Assembly (NCBI GenBank): GCA_020845775.1
Contig: JADLFC010000028.1
Coordinates: 17,642 to 81,641, forward strand
Direction of reading: 5' to 3'
DNA length: 64,000 bases
DNA from: Deltaproteobacteria bacterium
Lineage (GTDB): Bacteria; Bdellovibrionota_C; UBA2361; SZUA-149; JADLFC01
Shown here: positions 28,032 to 37,460 of the stretch, piece by piece
How the letters are laid out: each line of letters starts with the position of its first letter
Numbering within the stretch: the first letter of the stretch is position 1
Translations under genes and position numbers: made by a program
Notes under the pieces: model-generated
Told to the model about the DNA's origin: nothing
Database searches by the model: none
Seen by the model: only the letters and a program-made list of their open reading frames with translations

Positions 28032-29144
28032 TTGTCGAAAAGATTTAGCACTTCTGCCAAGTTAATTAGTATTAGCGCTCCGTTCGCTGAGGGTAATTTG
28101 GCGGCCACTGATAATAGCATTTTGAGCGAACCGTTTCAGTCTAATGCCCTAATCGTTCACGACGCTTCTTTTGAAGAGATTGTCGAACGGGTAGCGTCGC
28201 ATCATAGCGATATACAGACTTCCGCTGTGCGAGTGAGTAAAGCTCCATTGCCGCCACTTCCTGGTTTGCATACTACAATAGCTAACTTAGTTTGCGTTCT
28301 GCTTGCGGCCACTTGGTGCTCACTTAGTTGGTGCGCGAGCATCATATGGCGGTATATACGACATCATCCAAGTCATGCGGTGTTTAATGTTTTTATAGTT
28401 TTTGTTTTCGGACTTCTTGCTCTAACAGGGGAGCGATTCCGTGAGCAGTTACTACTAAGTCAAATCCCTGATGTTACCGTCGATGAATTGATTCGCGCTT
28501 CGAGTTATAGGCGTGAATTCGTTTCGCCAGAGCTAAGCGGAAAGGGCAGTGATGAATTCCTCGGCGTAGGTGCGCCTCCATGGGCCCAGCGCGAAGCAAT
28601 TCGCGCTATTCTTTATTACGCTCGTCGCGGTGGATTGTCATTGACAGATCAAGCTGTGCTCTTAGCCATAGCCGAGGTGGAGTCGGGGTTTAATCCAATG
28701 GCACGGGCTCCTACTACTTCGGCCTGCGGCCTATTTCAGTTTGTTAAGGGAACTGCTGCCTTGTATGGTTTAAGCCAGGAGCAATGTATGAATCCTTGGA
28801 TAAATGCTCAGGCAGGCATTGCGCACTACCGCGACAATTACCAAAGGGGTGTAGAAAGCCGCGTTGCAAATCTTCGAGGTATTGAAAAACTAGCTCGCAC
28901 TTTTGAGTTTAGTTACTACTTGCATCACGACGGGCCTAATTCTTCAAATCCGGCGGCAGAAGTTAAAAGTGTAGTTTTGGGCGGAATGCCATTCTTGTTT
29001 CGCGCTCATATCGCCTTGGAAAAGGAGTTTAACTCGGCCGAGCAAGTTCCAACTTTTTTAGAGAGCGTATGGAGAACTTTTTATGAGTTATTAGATTCAA
29101 TTCGGTCTAGGTTTTCCGTGAAAAATAAGCTAGCTGCTGGATAG
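28032..29144 (+). CDS. Membrane-anchored lytic transglycosylase (SLT domain) protein
   Basis: SLT motifs ..LLAIAEVESGFNPMARAPTTSACGLFQF.. and a downstream AYN/Y-type segment. Two N-terminal TM helices. TTG start. Confidence 0.7.
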   Translation: MSKRFSTSAKLISISAPFAEGNLAATDNSILSEPFQSNALIVHDASFEEIVERVASHHSDIQTSAVRVSKAPLPPLPGLHTTIANLVCVLLAATWCSLSWCASIIWRYIRHHPSHAVFNVFIVFVFGLLALTGERFREQLLLSQIPDVTVDELIRASSYRREFVSPELSGKGSDEFLGVGAPPWAQREAIRAILYYARRGGLSLTDQAVLLAIAEVESGFNPMARAPTTSACGLFQFVKGTAALYGLSQEQCMNPWINAQAGIAHYRDNYQRGVESRVANLRGIEKLARTFEFSYYLHHDGPNSSNPAAEVKSVVLGGMPFLFRAHIALEKEFNSAEQVPTFLESVWRTFYELLDSIRSRFSVKNKLAAG

Positions 29145-29149
29145 CTCAA

Positions 29150-30100
29150 ATGCGAAGTGCGATTTTAAAAGGTGCGCTAGACCTTGCCGCGCTCTCGATT
29201 GTTCGCCTTTTAGTCTTGGCAATGGAGGTGACACCAGAATTTTTGGGCATGTGTATTGCGCGCATTTGCGTCCACGGTTTGGTGCTCGCAATGCCACGTT
29301 CGAGGAGGGTAGCCTTAAGAAATCTAAAAATTGCTTTTCCGGAGTGCTCCAGCGAGGAAGGCAATGATATTTATCGCAGGTCGCTCGAAGTGTTGGCTCG
29401 CAATCTTTACGCTTTTGCACGGATGCCCAGGCTTACGCGCAGGGCGGCGGAGGAAAAGGTTGATTATGGCGAGGTGCGCGAGTTTTGGCGCAGGAGCTCC
29501 GAAGTGTGCGAGGAAGATTGCAGCAAGACGGGAATTTTAGTTGCCACTGCGCATTATGGATGTTTTGAACTTTTTGTTCAGATGCACGCGCTTCTCGTTA
29601 GGCCAATATCAATTTTGGCGCGTGGTTTCGATCTTCCGAGATTGGATAGCTGGTGTAACGAGCGGCGTAGCATATTTGGCAACGATGTATTTAGCCGGAA
29701 GGGTGGTTACAGAGAAATAGTCTCGCGGCTTAATGGTGGACGGGATGTTGTAGTGCTGTGTGATCAGAACGTAAAGCGCAATCATGCGACGTTTGTAGAT
29801 TTTTTTGGCTTGCGCGCAGCGACTACAAAGGCAATCGGCACGGCTGCGCTTCGCACTGGAGCTAGAGTCGTCTTAGCGGTAGCGGTCGAGATTGTGCCTG
29901 AACGATTCGAGGTTATATTGCGCGAGCTCAAGAATCCAAGAGAACTTAGCGGAAACTCCTCGGAAAAAATAATGTCCTTTACCCGAGAAATGAACCAAGC
30001 TTTAGAAGACGTCATTAGACAGCATCCGGAACAGTGGTTTTGGGTCCATAGGCGCTGGAAAACCAGACCTCATGGGGAAAAAGAAAATCTCTATAGCTAG
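29150..30100 (+). CDS. Lipid A biosynthesis (Kdo2-lipid IVA) acyltransferase family protein (LpxL/HtrB-like)
   Basis: Catalytic ..ATAHYGCFE.. is an H(x)4E box as in HtrB HFGNWE. Size and motif order of the LPLAT family. Confidence 0.65.
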   Translation: MRSAILKGALDLAALSIVRLLVLAMEVTPEFLGMCIARICVHGLVLAMPRSRRVALRNLKIAFPECSSEEGNDIYRRSLEVLARNLYAFARMPRLTRRAAEEKVDYGEVREFWRRSSEVCEEDCSKTGILVATAHYGCFELFVQMHALLVRPISILARGFDLPRLDSWCNERRSIFGNDVFSRKGGYREIVSRLNGGRDVVVLCDQNVKRNHATFVDFFGLRAATTKAIGTAALRTGARVVLAVAVEIVPERFEVILRELKNPRELSGNSSEKIMSFTREMNQALEDVIRQHPEQWFWVHRRWKTRPHGEKENLYS

Positions 30101-30110
30101 TAGTATTGTA

Positions 30111-30575
30111 TTAAGTACCTATCTTTTCTAACTCGCGCAGCGTCTCGCCAACGATAAAGTCTATTAAATCTTTTACGGATATTATGCCGATGGGGTAATT
30201 TTCTTCGTCTACTATAGGCAAGTGTCTAAAACCACCACGAGACATTAGACTTACCGCATGCGCCATGGAGGTAGTCATGAACTCAGTATGAGGCGCTTTT
30301 GTCATTATTGTTGTAACTTGCGTCCTCGAAAGATCTATTTTAGCTAAGGCGACCTTTATTACTACGTCGCGTTCGGTAACGATACCCACTATCTTGCCAG
30401 GCCGATCGGTTACAATTACGCATCCTACTTTGTTTTGTTGAAGTAACTGAATCGCGTGTTCTATAGAGGAGTTTTCCTCAACAGTAATGGGGTTGTGGGG
30501 CTTTAACAGGCCGATGCTTTTAGCGAGAAAGCGGTTATCTAATAAACCTATGTTGGCAAGTGAAAAGTCTATCAT
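30111..30575 (-). CDS. CBS-pair domain protein
   Basis: Two CBS motifs (..VGCVIVTDRPGKIVGIVTERDVV.., ..GFRHLPIVDEENYPIGIISVKDLI..). Confidence 0.7.
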   Translation of the reverse strand: MIDFSLANIGLLDNRFLAKSIGLLKPHNPITVEENSSIEHAIQLLQQNKVGCVIVTDRPGKIVGIVTERDVVIKVALAKIDLSRTQVTTIMTKAPHTEFMTTSMAHAVSLMSRGGFRHLPIVDEENYPIGIISVKDLIDFIVGETLRELEKIGT

Positions 30576-32191
30576 GCTTTTTTCTCCAAGTTCTTATTCT
30601 GTTGACCAAGTTCTTTGCCGCTCTCCTTGGCGCTGCAATCAATTTTAGAGAAATCTCTTACGATAAAGTCGCGCTCGTTGGGGCGATATTCCACGGTCTT
30701 TGGCCCATCAATATTGCTGTCGGGAGCAAATATTTTTCTATTTGCCACTATTTGCGTTCCCGCGTACAGTGTCTTATGGAAGCTAACTTTGAAGGATCTC
30801 TGTACTTGAGATGACTCTGTTAGAGCCTTTTGCTTTTCTTGAAGTTCGTCTATTCGTTTGGTAACAGCTGTGAGCGAACGAATCATGGTTTCGATGTATG
30901 CTTTTTGCGACTGTGCGAGCCTGATATTTTTTTGCAGTGCGGCAACGTAAGGAGCAAGGTAGAGTTGAATTAGATTTTCGGCGTTCTTGAAGTATTCGAT
31001 TTGGCTTTCTAGTTGTCGATATTCAATTGAGGATTTTGGATCGCCTACTAGATTTATGGTGGTGTTGCTGCCGCCGGCTGAGCCTATCGTTCCGGCTTCT
31101 ATGCCGCAAATCGCAAATATTTCGCCACCTAGTATGTGTCCTTGTGGAATTCTTAGGGCGCATTGAGTTCGCGCAATGCTTTCTCTTAACTCCGTCTTTA
31201 TGATTATGTCTCCTTGAGCAAAAATATTTGCGCCAGCCACTATGGATGCGCTTAAATTTCCGGCGCTATAGATGTCGAGTAGACGCGATTCTCCTTTTGT
31301 TTCGCGACGGGCCTTGAGTTGCTTTGCTGCGCTAAGAGAGCGGGTTTCTGAGCCAGTTACGCATCCTTGAATGGCAATCGATCCGTTTCGGCTAACTAGC
31401 ATGCCGTTATTTATGTTCCCCGCCACTGAGATGTTGCCACCGGCTACAACTTTAAAGCCGTTTGCTACGTCTCCGGTGATTTCAATCGAGCCAATAAAAT
31501 CTAGGTCGCCAGTCTTAAAATCGACATTTCCCTCTATAGCTAGATGTGGACTAATAGAGAGGCGGCCGCTGCTGTCAGACGTGAGGTAGCCCCTTTCTTT
31601 TGCAATTAGCATCGTCTCAGCGCCGTCTGCGTCCTCTGCAACGAGCTCTATAGTCTTGTCTACGGTAGGTTGAGTTGCCTTTCCCTTTTGTGGGACGCTC
31701 ATCTCTCCGATGACGTCGAGTCCGTTAATGGCCGAGTTAGGCGGTCGTATTTTGCCAATAATGTTATCCTTTTCGATGTTGTCAAAAGCGCGAATAAAGC
31801 GAGAGTCCACAAATTCAACCTGCTTTCCGGGACGGGAAAAGCCCTCAAATTTTTTTACAAATAGAATTAACTTCGAGTCTTGCCCGGGCACTGGCGCGCG
31901 CCCGCGAGCGATTAGGCGAGCACTAACGTTAGTTTGCGAATTTAGTTCATTTACTATTTTGTCTATGCAAGCAATGTTGATTAGAGATTTCTCGGCACAG
32001 CTAAAAATAATAGACAGTAGCTCTTCACGGGTAAATGTATGCCGCGCGTCTGGGTTCCTTAGCGTTATCGAAATATATAGCTCAAGCTTGTCTGCCGTAG
32101 TTTGCAGGCGAATAGTGGCGTGCTCACTGCTTTTTTCCATCAAAGTCTCAAGCTCGCCGTTAGTATTCTCTAGTTCCCTGACCGTCCTCAT
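30572..32191 (-). CDS. FapA-family (DUF342) protein
   Basis: Central beta-helix Gly/Asn-rich repeats (..IEGNVDFKTGDLDFIGSIEITGDVANGFKVVAGGNISVAGNINNG..) and a C-terminal coiled coil, about 540 aa. This is the architecture of flagellar-assembly-protein-A-like proteins. Confidence 0.5.
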   Translation of the reverse strand: MRTVRELENTNGELETLMEKSSEHATIRLQTTADKLELYISITLRNPDARHTFTREELLSIIFSCAEKSLINIACIDKIVNELNSQTNVSARLIARGRAPVPGQDSKLILFVKKFEGFSRPGKQVEFVDSRFIRAFDNIEKDNIIGKIRPPNSAINGLDVIGEMSVPQKGKATQPTVDKTIELVAEDADGAETMLIAKERGYLTSDSSGRLSISPHLAIEGNVDFKTGDLDFIGSIEITGDVANGFKVVAGGNISVAGNINNGMLVSRNGSIAIQGCVTGSETRSLSAAKQLKARRETKGESRLLDIYSAGNLSASIVAGANIFAQGDIIIKTELRESIARTQCALRIPQGHILGGEIFAICGIEAGTIGSAGGSNTTINLVGDPKSSIEYRQLESQIEYFKNAENLIQLYLAPYVAALQKNIRLAQSQKAYIETMIRSLTAVTKRIDELQEKQKALTESSQVQRSFKVSFHKTLYAGTQIVANRKIFAPDSNIDGPKTVEYRPNERDFIVRDFSKIDCSAKESGKELGQQNKNLEKKA

Positions 32192-32421
32192 GTCTGTCGT
32201 TAAGCACCATATAATGAAGAAATAATGGCAAATACCTACTGATAATGTCGACTGAATATCAAAACTACTGGAGTGACGCGTGATTTATCGAGGCGATATT
32301 TCGGGACATTGTCAGTTAATGTGCACTAAAACGATCGCATTTCGCTAGCCTTCGAGCTGCTTGAGCCACAGATATAGTTCTTTTATGGGAACTTTAGGTT
32401 AGATGTAGTGGAATACTATTT

Positions 32422-33765
32422 TTGTGTGCCAATCAGCTAGTATGTGCTAGGTTTTGTTTGAATGTGAAGTTTTTGGGAGCGACTTTTTTTGAACGCGGTA
32501 AGCAAGGCGCATCTATAGGTCACAATATGGTAGAAAATCCTTCGAAATCGCGGCTTATGGAGGAAGACTGCACTCAGGGCGTTGGGTATAAGCGTTTGGT
32601 AGGGGAGTTATGGGCTGGCCAGCCGCGCCAAATGCATTCCTTGCACTATGTTGTGAGCTATAGGGCAAGCTATAAGCCTGAGCTTCCGGATTATTGCATA
32701 AGGCAGTACTCTCGCAAGGGACAGGTTGTCTTGGATCCTTTTTGTGGTAGGGGAACTACTGCATTACAAGCGGCGCTTCTCGGCAGAGTGAGTTTATCAT
32801 GTGACGTCAATCCGCTAGCAATTAGGATGACTGCGGCTAAACTCTCTCCAGTTGGATTGGACGAAATAGTGCTGCGTCTAAACGAGGTGGATTTTAGGCG
32901 CCCAGTGGATCTAGAGGGGTATCCGGAGAAGTTTTCGCCATTTTATCATCCAGATACGTATAGGGAGTTGGTGAACTTAAAGCGCTTTCTTCGCAAACAC
33001 AGCGATGCGGTTAGTAACTTCGTCGAATTAGTTGCTATATCGCGCTTGCATGGACATTCGAGCGGTTTTTTTTCCGCCTACACGTTTCCTCAGATCTCGA
33101 TTCCTTCGGCACATCAATTACTAATTAACCAAAAGCGTGGCCAAATGCCTGAGTATCGCGCGGTAGCTCCGCGCATTATTCGGAAGGCCTCACAGGCATT
33201 GAGAGACGGGTTTTCGAGCGATTTTTTTGCAGTTAGTAGTGCCTCGATTTGCGAAGTCGCTGACGCGCGTAAACTTGAAAAGATTGGCGACAATTCGGTG
33301 GATCTCATTGTTACTTCGCCACCGTTTTTGGATAAGGTAGACTATTTGGCCGATAATTGGTTGGAGTTCTGGTTTTGCGATATTAATCCGAATGAGTTTG
33401 GCGAAAACCTCGTCGCGAGTTCGTCACTAAAGCACTGCAAGGCGTTTGTGCGAGAATTCTTGCTAGAGTTTTTGCGAGTGCTAAAGCCTGGCGCGCATGC
33501 CGTTATCGAGGGTGGCGATGTTGTGGTAAAGGGTGAGGTGGTGTATTTGGATGACGTAATTGCCGAATGCGTGAGCGGTTTAGCGTTTAACGACAAAATA
33601 TTTGCCGTCAAGGAGGTTTTAGTCAATAAACAGCAGTTTACTAAGCTAGCTAATTGCTTCAATGTGGATAATAATAAAAAGGGAAGTAATACGAATCGAC
33701 TGGTTGTCCTTCAGTGTCTCAAATCTGTTAGTGGGTGCAGGGTAGTGCCGACTATGCTTAAATAA
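32422..33765 (+). CDS. DNA methyltransferase (N4-cytosine/N6-adenine amino-MTase, PF01555-like), orphan
   Basis: ..YKPELPDYCIRQYSRKGQVVLDPFCGRGTTALQAALLGR.. matches the KP..L...I...GD.VLDPF.GSGTT AdoMet motif. ..DLIVTSPPFLDKVDY.. is an (S/D/N)PP(F/Y) catalytic motif. The order here is I then IV. Confidence 0.65.
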   Translation: MCANQLVCARFCLNVKFLGATFFERGKQGASIGHNMVENPSKSRLMEEDCTQGVGYKRLVGELWAGQPRQMHSLHYVVSYRASYKPELPDYCIRQYSRKGQVVLDPFCGRGTTALQAALLGRVSLSCDVNPLAIRMTAAKLSPVGLDEIVLRLNEVDFRRPVDLEGYPEKFSPFYHPDTYRELVNLKRFLRKHSDAVSNFVELVAISRLHGHSSGFFSAYTFPQISIPSAHQLLINQKRGQMPEYRAVAPRIIRKASQALRDGFSSDFFAVSSASICEVADARKLEKIGDNSVDLIVTSPPFLDKVDYLADNWLEFWFCDINPNEFGENLVASSSLKHCKAFVREFLLEFLRVLKPGAHAVIEGGDVVVKGEVVYLDDVIAECVSGLAFNDKIFAVKEVLVNKQQFTKLANCFNVDNNKKGSNTNRLVVLQCLKSVSGCRVVPTMLK

Positions 33766-33770
33766 ATTTT

Positions 33771-35213
33771 TTGTTTTTTATGACTTCCAAGAATTTATTG
33801 GAAATAGCTGTTCCGCGAGTCTTGCTCGCTTCAACTCATGCCGGCAGTGGTTTGTCTACGGTCACTTGTGGTCTACTCGTTGCACTGAAGAAAAAGGGAG
33901 TTTCAGTGGCGATGGGGAAAATTGGACCATCGCTTATCGATGTGACTTATCATCGGCGCATCTCGGGTAGGCTGGCCAATAGTTTGGATTTCTGGATGCT
34001 GTCGCGGAAGGACATTCATAATTCCTTGGGAAGATTGTGTGGCGGCGCTGAACTCGTCTTAATAGAAGGCGAGAAGGCGTTATTCGACTATTACGGCGAG
34101 GATTTTTGTTATAGAAATTTGGCCGAGTTTGCAATGGATACCAAGACGCCAATAATTTTGGTTATGGATGGTGCTGGCTACAGGGAGAGTTTAGGTGCAG
34201 TGGTAGATGGTTTTAACAGTTTTGCTGCGGATGCAAAACTCGCTGGCGTGATCGTCAATAGGGTCGCTGACAAGGAGCAGGGAGAAATTCTAAAAAGATC
34301 TGTCGAGGTATTGGGAGGGGTGCGATTTATTGGATATTTGCCGCTTGGCAATCCGGCGCTAATGTCGGCTAGCGAAGCACAGCGCGAGAACCCGAGTATT
34401 CTTACTCGTAGTCTAGTGATGGCTGTGGGAGAGCTTGCAGAAGATAACGTCGATTTGGGGATTTTAAGAGAACTTGCGGCTACTGCCGGGAGTATACAAG
34501 TAACGGCTGCAACGATTCACGGTAAGACAAAGAATTGCAAAATAGCCGTTGCGGACGATGCAGCCTTTCATCTAGCATTTCAAGACAATATTGATTTGAT
34601 TCGCCGCGAAGGTGCAGAAATTATATCTTTTTCGCCCATAGCTGATACTAAGTTGCCAGCCGGCATTAGCGGTATATATCTACCCGGCGGCTATGTCCAC
34701 CTATACGCTAACGACTTGTCTTCCAATCAGTCGCTTCTTAAGGAAATTAGGTCTTTTGGCAAAGCCGGTGGGGTGGTCTTTGCTGAAGGCGATGCGGTGG
34801 CTTATCTAATGGAGAGCATTATATTGCCAAGTGGCGGCGTGTACGAAGGAGTCGGTCTAATACGAGGCACTGCGACGAGAGTGATAGAAGAGAGCGCCTC
34901 GGGCTTCGCCTATTGCGATGTTGAGAGCCAAGCTACGACGGTCATAGGAGAAACTGGGCAGCGATTTAGGGGGATTCGCAACTTTCAGTGGCTAATCCGC
35001 ACGCGGGATGAAATGCCTGGCAGCTTTAAGTTGCGCGATCGCAATTTGCTTCTTTCGACTAAGCGGGCGGAAGATTTCTCCACTATCGAAGGTTTATCGC
35101 CTTCGCCCAACATACTCGCAACAGCAGTGCGTGCACACTGGGGGTCTAATCCAAAGCTCTCAGAAATATTTGTTCAACGTGCCGCTAGTTACCTACCGCA
35201 TAGCGCACAGTGA
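33771..35213 (+). CDS. Cobyrinic acid a,c-diamide synthase (CobB/CbiA)-family protein, probable pseudoenzyme
   Basis: N-terminal ..THAGSGLSTVTCGLLVAL..KIGPSLIDVTYH aligns to CbiA AGTGSGCGKTTVTLGLL..KVGPDYIDPGHH but has Leu at the Walker A lysine. C-terminal GATase-3 region ..KIAVADDAAFHLAFQDN..ISFSP.. aligns well, but ..VVFAEGDAVAYL sits where CbiA has ..WAECGGMLYL, so the nucleophile Cys is replaced by Gly. Confidence 0.6.
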   Translation: MFFMTSKNLLEIAVPRVLLASTHAGSGLSTVTCGLLVALKKKGVSVAMGKIGPSLIDVTYHRRISGRLANSLDFWMLSRKDIHNSLGRLCGGAELVLIEGEKALFDYYGEDFCYRNLAEFAMDTKTPIILVMDGAGYRESLGAVVDGFNSFAADAKLAGVIVNRVADKEQGEILKRSVEVLGGVRFIGYLPLGNPALMSASEAQRENPSILTRSLVMAVGELAEDNVDLGILRELAATAGSIQVTAATIHGKTKNCKIAVADDAAFHLAFQDNIDLIRREGAEIISFSPIADTKLPAGISGIYLPGGYVHLYANDLSSNQSLLKEIRSFGKAGGVVFAEGDAVAYLMESIILPSGGVYEGVGLIRGTATRVIEESASGFAYCDVESQATTVIGETGQRFRGIRNFQWLIRTRDEMPGSFKLRDRNLLLSTKRAEDFSTIEGLSPSPNILATAVRAHWGSNPKLSEIFVQRAASYLPHSAQ

Positions 35214-35973
35214 CGTAAACGTGTAGCTCTTTATCGGCATAGGTTTTTAGTGCAATTCCGTCCTTTTGCTGAATGCGCTGAGTTCTACCAAGCGATTCCT
35301 CCGTTGCAGTTGCCGATAACAGTTTGCCTAAACTAACTCCGAGAGAAGAGGCTATAAGTTCGGCCTTCTGGCGAGCTTTGTTAGTGGCAACGCTAATAGC
35401 CTCAGTAATATTTGCCTCATCCTTATGCACGAAATAAGACACATCGACGACAGAACTAGCCCCCGCTCCCAAGGCGCTGTCTATAAGCGTGCTAACTGCA
35501 GTGAGGTCTGTCGATTCGACCGCAATAAACTGCTCGGCTCGCATGAGTTCGCCGCTATTAATAGAAGGGCTCTTTCTCGCAGCGCTAGAAAGCTGTATGC
35601 CTCGATCTAAAATGTTTAGCGGTATGGAACCTGGCGAAGCAATTGCCTTTTTAACCGCCTCGAATGTGGTCTTTACGTTGTTAAAGGTCGCCGTAGCGCT
35701 TTTTCCAGTAGATTCGAGTAGAAACGTTATGCGAACGCTATCGGGTGGCGACAAGATCCAGGCGTCCGCCGTAGTAGATATTTCGGTTTGCGAAGCCGAA
35801 ATATCTTTAAAAAGATTTAGATTCATTTCTGACAATTTTTTGAATACGCTGCTGTCTTCTTCCGTATCTGTATCAACTTCCTGAGCAACGCAAGTGGCGC
35901 TAAAGAGAAGACTTAGCGACAGCGCAAACGCCCAGTGAAAGTGAAAAAGAAATTTAAATTTCATAATCTCCAT
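35185..35973 (-). CDS. Secreted SIMPL-domain (DUF541/BP26-like) protein
   Basis: Signal peptide MKFKFLFHFHWAFALSLSLLFSATCVA/QE. Alternating beta pattern and C-terminal ..ELHVYVTVRYAV typical of SIMPL. Confidence 0.5.
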   Translation of the reverse strand: MEIMKFKFLFHFHWAFALSLSLLFSATCVAQEVDTDTEEDSSVFKKLSEMNLNLFKDISASQTEISTTADAWILSPPDSVRITFLLESTGKSATATFNNVKTTFEAVKKAIASPGSIPLNILDRGIQLSSAARKSPSINSGELMRAEQFIAVESTDLTAVSTLIDSALGAGASSVVDVSYFVHKDEANITEAISVATNKARQKAELIASSLGVSLGKLLSATATEESLGRTQRIQQKDGIALKTYADKELHVYVTVRYAVGN

Positions 35974-35976
35974 GTG

Positions 35977-37290
35977 CTATTTTAACAGTTCTTCCACATC
36001 TGAAAGCGTTACAGGCAAGCGCGACGTGAGAACGCTTCCACCATGTGGCGTAACTAGTACATCGTTTTCTAAGCGAATTCCGATACCGCGAAAATGCCTC
36101 GGTATGCTCATATCTCTCGAGTCGAAATAAAGACCTGGCTCTACCGTGATGACGTGTCCCGGCTGGAGCCTAAGAGGCTCGCTATGAGTAATGCTCCCGT
36201 CGAGCTGTGGCGGAGGCGGGTCGTGTACATCTAGGCCCAAAAAGTGACTAGTCCTATGCATGAAGTATGGCTTGTATTTCTCGCCGGTAAATGCTGTTTG
36301 CCAGTCCTTGTCCTTAATGATTTTTAGATCGATTAAACCTTTTGTAATCTCCTTTACGGCCGCTAGGTGGATGCTGTTTGCAGTGGCTTGGGGATGAACG
36401 CGTTTCTGGGCGGTTTCAAGCGCCGCAAGCACTAAGTTGTAGATTTCCTTCTCAGCCGTGCTAAATTTTCCAGATACCGGGAAGGTTCTGCTAATGTCGG
36501 CCGAGTAACCGTTAAATTCAGCTCCAGCATCTATTAAAACCAGTTTTTGCTTTAGAATCGGGGAAAGCAGAGGCGAATGATGTAGAGTGGTGGCATTTTT
36601 GCCAGACGCTACGATGGTGTCAAAGCCTAAACTAGAGGCTCCGAATTCGGTGAAATATTGTTCGAGCAGTTTTGCAGCGTGGGCTTCGCTCTTAAGAGAA
36701 GGCAGATCGGATGCAAGTTTTACAAAAGCGTCAATCGTTATCTCTATAGCGCGCTTAATGCAGTTAATTTCGTAACTATCCTTTACAGCGCGCATTTGAT
36801 GTAATTCTGCTCGCAGGTCTTTAAGCTGATACGGAAAACGACTGCTAGGATCGGACTGCCTGCAAAAAATTCTCCAAACGACACTGTCAACTTCCGGATT
36901 TACAGCGGGCACATAGTGTAGTGTGGCGTGATCTTTTAAAAGGCCCGTTAGGTCATTTTCGAGATTTTCAATATTTCTAACCTCGTCTATCTTAAAGCGA
37001 CGCTTTGCGCGGGTGAGACCCAAATGTTCCCCCTCATAGCGCTCCTTAAGGGGATCGCGTTCTCGAAGAAATATTACCGACCGCGGCCCGCGCTTCCCTC
37101 CTAGAAGTAACAAGGCTGAATTTGGCTCTGAAAAGCCAGTAAGATAGAAAAAGTTAGAATCTTGACGAAAATGATGCCGCTGATCTCTGCTCTTCTTCGT
37201 TTCGACAGACGAAGGAATGATAGCTGCGCCGTTACCGATGCGCTTTTGAAGTAGGGATCTTCTATGATAAAAGCGAGTTTCAATATCCAT
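35977..37290 (-). CDS. pepP: Xaa-Pro aminopeptidase (aminopeptidase P, M24B)
   Basis: ..HHFRQDSNFFYLTGFSEPNSALLLL.. (compare E. coli YRQNSDFWYFTGFNEP), ..LIDAGAEFNGYSADISRTFPVSGKF.., ..FMHRTSHFLGLDVHD.., ..VITVEPGLY... Start taken at MDIETRFYHRR (aligns with E. coli MSEISRQEF). The track ORF extends 26 codons upstream. Confidence 0.85.
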   Translation of the reverse strand: MDIETRFYHRRSLLQKRIGNGAAIIPSSVETKKSRDQRHHFRQDSNFFYLTGFSEPNSALLLLGGKRGPRSVIFLRERDPLKERYEGEHLGLTRAKRRFKIDEVRNIENLENDLTGLLKDHATLHYVPAVNPEVDSVVWRIFCRQSDPSSRFPYQLKDLRAELHQMRAVKDSYEINCIKRAIEITIDAFVKLASDLPSLKSEAHAAKLLEQYFTEFGASSLGFDTIVASGKNATTLHHSPLLSPILKQKLVLIDAGAEFNGYSADISRTFPVSGKFSTAEKEIYNLVLAALETAQKRVHPQATANSIHLAAVKEITKGLIDLKIIKDKDWQTAFTGEKYKPYFMHRTSHFLGLDVHDPPPPQLDGSITHSEPLRLQPGHVITVEPGLYFDSRDMSIPRHFRGIGIRLENDVLVTPHGGSVLTSRLPVTLSDVEELLK

Positions 37291-37460
37291 ATAAAACAAG
37301 TCGCAAACTATTTCCAAATGCAATGTCATTTCGCCTGCATTTGTTTGGGTATAGTGTATTAAAGGCATCCCGTCTAGGTGTTGTTTTCATGGCATTTAAT
37401 GGTTATAAAGTTCGGCGTCAGCATGATAAATGGAAGCTGAAACGCATTGGGGTATTTGCG

